Assembly (NCBI GenBank): GCA_964016885.1
Contig: OZ024743.1
Span: forward strand, 62,992,001-63,056,000
DNA length: 64,000 nucleotides
From: Eledone cirrhosa
Lineage: Eukaryota
Reading direction: 5' to 3'
A program made the position numbers and the translations under genes. Position 1 is the first letter of the stretch. Every line of letters starts with the position of its first letter. The notes beneath the pieces are model-generated. The model was not told the origin of the DNA and did no database searches. It was given only the letters and a program-made list of their open reading frames with translations. This document shows positions 11,086 to 21,289 of the stretch, piece by piece.

Positions 11086-11524
11086 CCCATTATTTAGCTT
11101 TGTTAGCGTTGTCCTATACATATATGTTATTGAAGATGGAAAAGATAGACAGATCTCTCATCTAATATAGACCACACAAATTCTACTACAGTGATAAATA
11201 CTTCATCGGTCAGATAAAAACTGACTATTATGGCCACCTGACCTACATTGTTTAAAAACACCGGCTTATCTTTACACTTGATATAATACACCCTACGACA
11301 GTCTTTACATGTCAATTTTATACATCTGCTTCAAGTCAGCTAGTTTTACATGCTAAAATCATAGATATACTATACTCCCCACCTAGATTGATGTTGTGAT
11401 TATTTCAAATATTTTATTGCTAGCATTGTTGATATTGTTGTTATTATTGTTATAACTGAATACCATTACTACTACATATAGTAGCCTGTATATTCCTTTC
11501 ATGCCTGTATATTCTCTTCATTCT

Positions 11525-11640
11525 TGCAAGCTCCGATGAACTGACTGGTTATAATTTTGTATTGGCGATCGAGTAACGCGAAAATAAGTGGATAGTGATC
11601 TCTAGACCTACCAGTTCAGAGAAACAATTGTCAGCAATGA
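11525..11640 (+). ncRNA. Type I hammerhead ribozyme motif of the Penelope-like element, with extended stem II
   Basis: gct-CCGATGA-a-ctgactggt..accagttcag-a-GAAA-caattg-TC-agc: palindromic stem III, GUC cleavage triplet, stem I gct/agc. Confidence 0.7.
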
Positions 11641-11691
11641 GATTAAAATCCTTTTTTGTATAGCAAACCGTGTCACTCTTCTTTCCTGATT

Positions 11692-11719
11692 TATATATGT
11701 ATATATATATATGTATATT

Positions 11720-11752
<33 letters not shown>

Positions 11753-11803
11753 GTATATATACCCATGCTAGCGTGGAAGAACGGACGTAAAACGGTGATG
11801 ATG

Positions 11804-11853
<50 letters not shown>

Positions 11854-11900
11854 GTATATATGTATATATATGTACATATATATATGTATATATATATATG

Positions 11901-11943
<43 letters not shown>

Positions 11944-12064
11944 GCATATATATATGTATATATATGCATATATATATGTATATATATATATGCATATATA
12001 TGTATATATATATATGCATATATATGTATATATATATATGCATATATATGTATATATATGCATA

Positions 12065-12122
<58 letters not shown>

Positions 12123-12148
12123 TATATATGTATATATATATATGCATA

Positions 12149-12221
<73 letters not shown>

Positions 12222-12359
12222 ATATATATATATATATATATGCATATATATATATGTATATATATATATATTCATTCATCATCATCATTTCATTTTACGT
12301 CTGCTTTTCCCTGCTTGCTAGGGTGGGACGGGAACTGATTCTGGCTTGATTTCTACATA

Positions 12360-12415
<56 letters not shown>

Positions 12416-12442
12416 CATGTATATGTGTATGTATATATATAC
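11692..12442. repeat. (TA)n/(TATG)n compound microsatellite with two embedded SINE/LINE tail stubs
   Basis: Direct reading; stubs at about 11762-11803 (+) and 12275-12355 (-). Confidence 0.95.
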
Positions 12443-12993
12443 ATTCACACACACAGATACAAACACAAATGTGAATATATAAATACACATTCTAAATTAA
12501 AAGCAGCATTGTAATGTATCCTTGTAAGCTCTGCCAATATTGTTTGAATTGACTTAGTTCCAATATATAAATATGATTGCTTCTTATATAAAGCATTACA
12601 AATGTGTGATGGTATGAATGTAAATCCTTCAGTACTACCTATAGTTAGGGTTGGCAGTACCATTAAGGCTAACAAGGCAGCCACCTTGGATGCAGATCTC
12701 AGAGGGATGCACTAATGAATCATAAAGGATCACAGTTTTATACAAATAAATAGATTAAATATATAATAATTTCTTGCAATCAATAAATAAATTGCTAAAC
12801 TTATCTATTGTACAGCAGCATTGTGGAAATATTTAAAGTAGAAAAGGTTGTATGAGATTATGACCTGCCACATGATTTGACATTAGTGAGAGTGGATTGT
12901 GTAGTGCACAATGCAGGCTTAGTAATTTACATAGTATGGTCAGGTTCATCAGCTTAACAAATTATTTGAGAGAAGAGAGGTCAGTTTGTACCT

Positions 12994-13767
12994 AAATCGC
13001 CAACTCGCTATTTCTGGGATGGCTGTTCCCTTCGGTATAAAGTAACGTTCAAATTTTTCTCGATTCTTCTCTCCATTCGAACCCATTCATTCAATCACTT
13101 CTATGTCCTAATTTCACACTATATCGTATTTTCTCTAAAAATCATATTTCCCCTATCACCGCATTTTCTCTATCGTATTTTCTTAAACAAAACAAATCTT
13201 GTATTTTCGTTTATTGTTAAATTATGCCCAAAATACGGCGATCTTTTCTTAAACCTTACATTCTGTCATATTCCCATATTCTGTCGTATTTTCATATCAA
13301 AACAAAACACTATTATATATTCCTTTCAATATAATTTGTTAAACTCGCTAAGTTTTACGCAAAACTTCGAGTACCTATTTAAACTTTAACCTCTGTTCCA
13401 TCCCATATTCTACCCCCTACCCATTCATCATGCTGGTTCCTGCCCCCCCCCCTCCCTCTCTATACATATAAGATAAAACCCTACCAAAATTAACCAAAAT
13501 CGCCAACTCGCTATTTCTGGGATGGCTGTTCCCTTCGGTATAAAGTAACGTTCAAATTTTTCTCGATTCTTCTCTCCATTCGAACCCATTCATTCAATCA
13601 CTTCTATGTCCTAATTTCACACTATATCGTATTTTCTCTAAAAATCATATTTCCCCTATCACCGTATTTTCTCTATCGTATTTTCTTAAACAAAACAAAT
13701 CTTGTATTTTCGTTTATTGTTAAATTATGCCCAAAATACGGCGATCTTATCTTAAACCTTACATTCT
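12994..13767 (+). repeat. About 270-bp direct repeat in the LINE 5' region (12994-13264 and 13497-13767)
   Basis: Near-identical copies 503 bp apart. Confidence 0.92.
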
Positions 13768-13863
13768 CGCTAACAACCCATCATCCCTCCCTCCCGCCCC
13801 CACGCACCACCATTATTACGTGGACCAATCATAAGTCAGAGGCCCATACTATCGCTTAACTGG

Positions 13864-15456
13864 TTGCTTTTCGATATGATGGATGGACTACGGAATTCTG
13901 GAGAGTTGAAGAGAGAAAAATGTGGACGCTCAGCGACAATGCCAAAGATAAAGCCAAATTCACCTCGTGGACGAGAATGCAAGCACTCCTCCTTGTTTCG
14001 GCCCAGGATGGCTAACATAACCCCACCCCCCCCCGCGCCCCACCGCTCCCACCCTCCAAACGCAATCCAAAACTTCAGAGTTGGTACCATGAATGTAGGT
14101 ACCTTAAAGGGTCGCTCTAACGAGGTTGTAGAAATGCTTGAACGTAAGGAGGTCGATGTTTGTTGTATTCAAGAGACCAGGTGGAGGGGAGGGTCGGCTA
14201 GATTCATCGTGGGTAAAGAACGATGCTATAAGCTTTTCTGGGTGGGAAATGACAATGGGTTGGGTGGGGTAGGAATCATGGTAGCAGAAAAGTGGGCAGA
14301 TAAGATAATAGACGTAAATAGAGTGAACGACAGAATAATTAAAATAAGACTTGTCCTCAATAAAACTACGGTGACAGTAATATCTGCGTACGCACCCCAA
14401 TCCGGACTGCCCCGCGCTATAAAAGACAAATTCTACGAGACACTGATGCTCGCTACCTCCCAAATAACCGACAGTGACTATATAGTTATTGCAGGCGACC
14501 TAAATGGTCACGTTGGACAACATTGTGACGGCTATGACGGAATCCATGGAGGCTATGGGTTCGGTACTAGAAATGAGGAAGGCTCCAGAATCCTGGAATT
14601 CTGCGACGCAAATAACTTAACTATCTGTAACACTAACTTCAAAAAACGAGACAATCACTTGATCACCTATAGATCGGGGGAACACACAAGCCAGGTAGAT
14701 TATATCCTTACCAGAAGACGTGACAGAGTGTCTGTTGTTAACACTAAATCCCACCCCCATGAAGAATTCACCTCCCAACATAGACTGATAATTAGCGACC
14801 TCATAGTCAGGACGAGACGTACTAGACAGCGGAAGAGGACTATCCTCAGGAGAAAAATATGGAAGCTAAAGGACCCCATAGCCAGAAATAAATTCCAAAG
14901 CATATTACTTGACGCTTTCGACTGTAAGGAAGAGCAATTAGAGTCGTATAATATAGAGGAACAGTGGGAATTCCTGAGAGCAAACCTGCTGACGGCGGCA
15001 GACGAAGTCTGTGGCTGGAGCAGGCCTGTAGGTAGGAGGAGAGTAACATGGTGGTGGAACAGTAAGGTGGAGGAGTCAATTAAGGCCAAAAAGCAGGCTT
15101 GGAAAGTATGGCGGGATGGGGGAAGTAGAGAAGACTATCAAGTGGCCAGGAGGGAAGCTAGGAGACAAGTGTACTTCGCAAGAAGGGAAGCAGAGGAAAG
15201 AAAGTTCAAGCATGTTCTACAACGTGAGGACCAAAAACGTGAGGTGTTCAGGATTGCCAGGCAATGTGTCAAGGAAAACCGTGATATTGTCGGGGAGAAG
15301 TGTGTACTTAACGATGATGGCATACTTGCCATCACCGACGCTGATAAGAAGGTAGCTTGGAAGTGTCACTACGAAAGGCTTCTAAATGAGGAGAACAGAA
15401 GTGTGTACTTAACGATGATGGCATACTTGCCATCACCGACGCTGATAAGAAGGTAG
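13864..15456 (+). CDS. RTE LINE ORF, N-terminal part (APE endonuclease); frameshifted by a 101-bp duplication
   Basis: GTMNVGTL, CCIQETRW, GVGIMV, SAYAPQ, AGDLNGHVG, CNTNF, SQVDYIL, SQHRLI. Confidence 0.93.
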   Translation: MLFDMMDGLRNSGELKREKCGRSATMPKIKPNSPRGRECKHSSLFRPRMANITPPPPAPHRSHPPNAIQNFRVGTMNVGTLKGRSNEVVEMLERKEVDVCCIQETRWRGGSARFIVGKERCYKLFWVGNDNGLGGVGIMVAEKWADKIIDVNRVNDRIIKIRLVLNKTTVTVISAYAPQSGLPRAIKDKFYETLMLATSQITDSDYIVIAGDLNGHVGQHCDGYDGIHGGYGFGTRNEEGSRILEFCDANNLTICNTNFKKRDNHLITYRSGEHTSQVDYILTRRRDRVSVVNTKSHPHEEFTSQHRLIISDLIVRTRRTRQRKRTILRRKIWKLKDPIARNKFQSILLDAFDCKEEQLESYNIEEQWEFLRANLLTAADEVCGWSRPVGRRRVTWWWNSKVEESIKAKKQAWKVWRDGGSREDYQVARREARRQVYFARREAEERKFKHVLQREDQKREVFRIARQCVKENRDIVGEKCVLNDDGILAITDADKKVAWKCHYERLLNEENRSVYLTMMAYLPSPTLIRR

Positions 15457-15497
15457 CTTGGAAGTGTCACTACGAAAGGCTTCTAAATGAGGAGAAC
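15296..15497 (+). repeat. 101-bp tandem duplication inside the LINE ORF
   Basis: agaagtgtgtacttaac..gaggagaac occurs at 15296 and again at 15397. Confidence 0.95.
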
Positions 15498-15548
15498 AAA
15501 TGGGAGAAAGACAGTCTCCCCCAGATCGATCCAATAGAGGGACCAGCA

Positions 15549-17210
15549 GTGTTAGTTGAAGGTAGTATAATAAGTAAGGCAATCAAAGATATGAAGACGG
15601 GTAAGGCGGCTGGGCCTTCGGAAATAGTTGCTGAGATGCTGAAGGCATCTGGTTCGGTGGGACACACCATGGTCACCCGGATAGTTAACCAAGTCGTACA
15701 GAATGGGGTTGTTCCGAAGGAATGGCGTAGCAGCATCATCGTTAACTGCTATAAGGGAAAAGGAGATGCCCTAGATAGGAGTAACTATAGAGGCATTAAA
15801 TTAATCGACCAGGTCATGAAGGTCACGGAAAAAGTAATAGCGCAACTAATCAGAGAGAGAATTGATCTAGATGAAATGCAGTTCGGGTTTGTGTCAGGCA
15901 AAAGTACCACAGACGCTCTTTTCATTGTACGACAACTACAGGAGAAGTACCTAGCTAAAAGTAAACCCCTATACTTAGCTTTCGTCGACTTGGAGAAAGC
16001 CTTCGACAGAGTCCCCCGTTCCATTATCTGGTGGTCTCTTAGAAAACTAGGTGTTGACGAATGGCTTGTGAGAGCTATACAAGCCATGTATAAAGAAACA
16101 GTCAGTAAGGTTAGAATTAACAACGAATATAGTGAAGAGTTTAGCGTAAAAGTTGGTGTCCATCAGGGCTCTGTTCTTAGCCCCCTACTATTTATTATTG
16201 CCCTTCAGGCTATAACAGAGGAGTTCAAGACCGGCTGCCCATGGGAACTCCGATACGCAGATGATCTAACGCTCATAGCTGAATCAATGACCGAACTAGA
16301 GAAGAAATTCCAAACGTGGAAGCACGGCCTAGAATCAAAAGGCCTTAAAATTAACCTGGCTAAGACTAAAGTTCTAGTTTGTAGGAAAGAAAATAAGGCG
16401 GCGGTCCCATCGGGGAAATGGCCATGCTCAGTGTGTAGGAAAGGCGTAGGTAGAAACTCCATTTTATGTCCCAAATGCAAAGTATGGGTGCATAAAAGAT
16501 GTAGTGGGATCACAGGTAAGCTAACTAAGAACATAGATTTTACATGTGGCCGGTGCTCTGGTGCAATAAGTAGCAGCAAGTGCCCACAAAATACTAGCTC
16601 CTTCAACTGCGCAGAGGGTTCTATAGAAATAGTGGACAGCTTCCGTTATCTGGGTGACAAAATCAGCAGTGGGGGAGGGTGCTCTGAAAGTACAGTAGCT
16701 AGAGTCAGAACTGGATGGAAAAAGTTCAGAGAGCTTATACCACTATTAGCCGCTAGAGGGTTCTCCCTAAAAATGAAAGGCAGGTTATACGATGCCTGCA
16801 TACGAACAGCAATGCTGCATGGCAGTGAGACCTGGGCATTGTGTGCAGAGGATATACGCAGACTAGAAAGGAACGAAGCTTGCATGCTCCGCTGGATGTG
16901 CAATAGTAATATACGTGAACGGCAAAGCATAAACGAATTAAGGAAAAAATTAGAAATAAGAGGGATCAGATGTTGTTTACTCGAGAGAAGGCTACGTTGG
17001 TACGGTCACGTGATGCGCATGAAAGACGACAGCTGTATAACAAAGTGCAGGGCAATAAAGATAGACGGTAGCCACGGAGTAGGCAGACCCAGAAAAACAT
17101 GGGACGAGCTGATAAATTCCGACCTCACACGCTTACACCTCTCCAAGACAATGTCACTGGACCGAGACCTTTGGCGGTACTCAGTAATAGAGAAGACCCG
17201 CCTTACCTAA
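15549..17210 (+). CDS. RTE LINE ORF, C-terminal part (reverse transcriptase with embedded PHD-type finger)
   Basis: KAAGPS, NYRGIKL, QFGF, FVDLEKAFDRV, GVHQGSVLSPLLF, YADD, a C4HC3 insert, FRYLG, RLRWYGHV, GRPRKTW. Confidence 0.95.
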   Translation: MLVEGSIISKAIKDMKTGKAAGPSEIVAEMLKASGSVGHTMVTRIVNQVVQNGVVPKEWRSSIIVNCYKGKGDALDRSNYRGIKLIDQVMKVTEKVIAQLIRERIDLDEMQFGFVSGKSTTDALFIVRQLQEKYLAKSKPLYLAFVDLEKAFDRVPRSIIWWSLRKLGVDEWLVRAIQAMYKETVSKVRINNEYSEEFSVKVGVHQGSVLSPLLFIIALQAITEEFKTGCPWELRYADDLTLIAESMTELEKKFQTWKHGLESKGLKINLAKTKVLVCRKENKAAVPSGKWPCSVCRKGVGRNSILCPKCKVWVHKRCSGITGKLTKNIDFTCGRCSGAISSSKCPQNTSSFNCAEGSIEIVDSFRYLGDKISSGGGCSESTVARVRTGWKKFRELIPLLAARGFSLKMKGRLYDACIRTAMLHGSETWALCAEDIRRLERNEACMLRWMCNSNIRERQSINELRKKLEIRGIRCCLLERRLRWYGHVMRMKDDSCITKCRAIKIDGSHGVGRPRKTWDELINSDLTRLHLSKTMSLDRDLWRYSVIEKTRLT

Positions 17211-17380
17211 ATACAAAGTAAAAACCTACTACAGTCAGTAGGCATCTCTATCAAAACACACCCCCGTCCCACCACCCTCCACCCCACCCACACCGCCCCT
17301 TTCAATGTAAAGTTATGTTGGTCCCACAACATCCAGGCCGAAACAAATGAGATCGTGTAGGTGTCATGACAAAAAACACA

Positions 17381-17611
17381 CAGTCCACGCTGTAAATGTG
17401 GCCGTGTAGGCAACACAGTAAAAACCTCCCAGCCCCACACTGTAAATGTGGTTGGTGTTAGGAAGGGCATCCAGCTGTAGAAAACCCGCCAGACAGTCCA
17501 CGCTGTAATATGGCCGTGTAGGCAACACGGTAAAAACCTCCCAGCCCCACACTGTAAATGTGGTTGGTGTTAGGAAGGGCATCCAACTGTAGAAAACCCG
17601 CCAGACAGTCC
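17381..17611 (+). repeat. About 113-bp tandem duplication in the LINE 3' UTR
   Basis: cagtcc at 17381, 17494 and 17606 bounds two copies. The segment is single-copy in the sister elements. Confidence 0.9.
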
Positions 17612-18250
17612 TATGCGAGCAAGACAACCACTCTTGCCTCAAGTGGGAAAACCCCCATCCAAACCCATGCAAGCGTGGAACACGGACGCTAAACCTGATG
17701 ATGATGATGATGATGATGAATTCAAAGGCTGGCCCTTTGAATGCTGTCATTCAAAGGGCCAGCCTTTGAATTACAGGTACAAACAGGTACAATTCATTTT
17801 TGCCAGCTGAGTGGACTGGAGCAACATGAAACAGTGTCTTACTCAAGATCAGAGTACAACCTATCTTTTATAGCTAATAACATTTCATCAGAGTCTAACA
17901 TTGACATAGAAAAGACTATTTTAATCCTCTTGATACAAATCTGGCTAAAACTGGCTCTGACTATGAAACTAATTTACCTATTTACATTAAAAATCTTCTA
18001 ACATAATTTTATATAAGAACCATATGTTAAGTCTTAACATCTTGTAATGATTAACAGAAAATATTTAAAAAGAGGTTTGATAATTCATATGTTTATAGTA
18101 TCTTTACGGTAGAACAGAGCATTGTGAAAATTTGCAGTATTAGAGTAAAGACTTTAATTTCTAATTAGAATGTATGGCTAATGCAGTTAGTTTCATGTCG
18201 TATAGGATGTTAGGCGTTAAGTAACTATCTTAGTAATGAAATACTTAATA

Positions 18251-18432
18251 ATTGTTTCTACTTTTGGCACAAGGCCAGCAATTACCCAGTACATTACTGG
18301 TACTTTATTTTATCGACCCCGTAAGGATGAAAGGCAAATTCAACCTTGGCGGGGTTTGAACTCAGAATGGCAAGGGCCGTAACTCTATGCATCAAAGCAT
18401 GGTGTCCGACCCTCTACCGATACTGCCAATCA
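18251..18432 (-). mobile_element. tRNA-headed SINE with Nin/Deu-type domain
   Basis: gagttcaaacccc B box followed by gcctttcatccttacggggtcgataaaataaagtaccag. Confidence 0.85.
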
Positions 18433-19189
18433 TAATTAATAATGTTTTGTACATTCCTCCAAATTCTTCATTGATTATTTGAAATAGAAAGTGTTTCATT
18501 AGAAAGGGGTTAATATAATCTTGCTTAGAAATTAGCCATCATTGGTAAAGAAGACATTTTTAGCAATGAAATACAAAATATAGTATGTTTTCTATGACTA
18601 CAAATTTGATTTAGTAAACATTGAATAGCATATTGGACAAATATATTATATTGGCTTTGATTAAATATTCTGATTTAGAGTTCTAATAAAATAAACTTAT
18701 CGAAACTACTCCAGACTTTAGGATGTTTATCAAAAGAATATTTATTGATTTTTTATAAAATTTTATTAAAAAAAAAAAAAAAATTAAATTTCCTTTTTTT
18801 GAATATTTCCCAACTTTGATAATGTTTGTTGAAATATTTTAAAAAAATGGAGCAAGAATGTTTTTTTTCAATAGGTTTGTCATGTGGTGATGAGGTGTTG
18901 GTGGCCTTCCCAATTTTAATATAATGCAGTTCTGATTGCATTTTATAAACATATTTAATTAACATTTTAATCTATACGTTAAACTACTTTCAGTTTGTTG
19001 TTACACTAACCCTTTTGTGACCATATTTCAAATGAAAACAGTCTATAATTTACAAATTATTTAAAAACCCCCCCAAAAAACCCAAGGGTTTGAAGGGATT
19101 TAGTAACATAATTAACTTTCTCAGTATTAATCTGGTGTTTGAAACAAAGATTCGTAATATAAAACTGTAATGGAAGATTTTCAGATATC

Positions 19190-19465
19190 TTCTTCGCCCA
19201 CTTATTCCTGAGAGGGTTGTGGGGCAGAGTTCTCAAACACCCCTTCCAGCAGGTTCTGTCAGAAGCAACCATCTCCAACTGATCTGGCTGGATCCCCAAG
19301 AGTGACCAGCCAAGCTCATGGATGTTATCCAACCATCTTGCTTGGGGTCTCTTGCTGGTTGGTTTTGCCTGTAAAATCTGTCCAGCAATTCTTTCCCCGA
19401 GACATAGTATTGGAGCTGTGGTTTCTCAATTTGGAAAAGTAGCAGCTCTACCTAGAGTGACTCTC
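19190..19465 (-). mobile_element. Degraded 3' fragment of a third RTE family
   Basis: WLDNIHELGW..LGIQ..QLEM; homologous to 61980-62430. Confidence 0.75.
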
Positions 19466-21289
19466 AAGCACTAGGGAGGATAAATATAAACCCTTTAAAA
19501 TAAACAGTTTTGTATCATAGAATCAGGGATGATCAATGAGTAATTATTCACATTTTTATATGATGCATTGTTGAAATAAATGAGTAACTACAGTATTCGC
19601 AAGTCATTAAAATTGATACAAATATCTAAACCAAAATTCATTATGACAAATAAACATGTTGAATCTTTTCCATACCAAACTGACTGACACTGCTCCTGCT
19701 TCTACAATACAAAGCTGCTTATTCTTAAGTGTATATATTTATTTTAAAACTTCATAAGTTTAAGGACCTCTCTTATGTTCCAAACACCAACTTAATAATG
19801 AGTAAGTCATTATATAAATCTCTTTAAATCCTTGATTATTTTCAAAATTATTTGAAAATCATGGGCAGTGTTGTTTATTGGAAATATGGTAATGAAATGG
19901 TTAACTTGGAATAATTTCCAAAGTCCTTTGCTATTAAAGTAACATCTGTTCCTGATTCTATATGATGTTTGACAGGATTGCAATTTAAGAACATGAAATA
20001 TTGGAATAACATTTATTACCAAATATCAGCCATTTTTAACATTAACCACTTGAATGTGGAGTGGATATTTTATTTACTAGCTTAATTGAATGAGGCAAGT
20101 AGAGCAATGAGTATCTTGCCCAAGAATAAAGTTTCTAAGCCATTCAACAGGCCTGAAAAGCCTCACGGGAATAACAAAGATAATCCTTATCCTCCTCCCT
20201 TTATATCTGTTTTCCTATGATTACAAGGATTGAATGGATGCTTCCCAGCACAGCTTCCATCTTCTTGTTGCATTCCTTCTGAAGTTCAACTACTTGAGAT
20301 CAGCTATCAACACCCCTGTCTATGTTTTCTTCTATTGCAGCTTCCACTGGGATTTCTTGACACTTCTTCACTTCAAGAGTACTTATTAAAGTAAAACAGC
20401 AGAATCTAAGTAATGCTGTGTGTATCCAGATTAGAATATCCCTGGATGTCATAAGAGTTGACTAGAAGAGTTGGCACCAAGACATTTCAAAAAATAGATC
20501 TCAAGATGAATATGAAGGTTTTTATAAGGCTTGCATGGCTAACCCCTGCTTAAGCAGAGAAAATGGCCTAAGAATTTTTGTTGTTGCTGCAGAATGTGAG
20601 GAAACTCATAATGATGTGTTTGAAAATAATAAGTACAAGTTTGCAAAGTGGAATAAATTATTTTGGTGCAAGGAAGAAGAGAGATTGATCTGAGCCTATT
20701 TGATACCAAACCATCTGAAACAACATCTGGCTCTACAATACATCTATCTATATACTACTAAAACTCTGTGATTGCTTGCTTGCTTGTCTGGAATATAATA
20801 CAGCCAAAAGTGCACATAATGGGAAAATACTTTGAAAGGAAGTTGACCCTGAAATGCGAATACAAATGGAATAAAACAAGTTTTGCGTAAATGGGTGCAC
20901 GGGTTCCCGAGATACGAGGTTTTTTCCGAGCACCTTCATAAATAGAAAGAGAGAGCTGGTGGTATTGTTGTGTGTATATATATATATGTGAGTGTGTGTA
21001 TGTGTATATATATATATGTATGTGTGTGTCTATGACCAGTGTATATAGATCAGACACCCACATATATATACACACACACACATATATACATACATACACA
21101 CATATATATGTATACAAACACACACATGTATATATATGGGCCTTCCAGTTTCATTTCACATTATATACATGTCTGTGTATATTTTAATTATTTAAAAATT
21201 ATTTTTAAGTGAACATGATTTTAAAAAAATATTTTATAGTGAACGTGATCCATGAGGTCACAGGGGGTCTAGTAACTAATTTTAAAATC

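Larger units (their letters stand above)
9661..11690 (+). mobile_element. 5'-truncated Penelope-like retroelement (RT thumb end, linker, GIY-YIG endonuclease, 3' region with hammerhead)
   Basis: YYNAALRRAGHKDKLQY from 9662, then after a frameshift and a stop YLWFNPIFNSSVKT..KHFPISHRYHKILNRNTIKLSYS, continuing into the GIY-YIG ORF. Hammerhead at 11525-11640. Confidence 0.85.
12994..17718 (+). mobile_element. Near full-length RTE-clade LINE
   Basis: Duplicated 5' region, an APE+RT ORF, a 3' UTR and a (GAT)n tail. Three other copies lie in the window. Confidence 0.95.

Noticed and set aside
12630-12712. Possible downstream exons of the PDZ gene (also near 18840-18931 and 1330-2110)
   Set aside because: AG/GT sites can be found, but there is no homology or strong polypyrimidine tract; not supportable without RNA data.
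14104-16930. Antisense ORFs over the LINEs (also at 6441-7463, 22281-23595 and 45500-47553)
   Set aside because: They are shadows of the sense ORF, with no independent motifs.
20790-20940. Possible mariner terminal fragment
   Set aside because: Only one TA-bounded end-like sequence, with no partner TIR or transposase; too weak to call.
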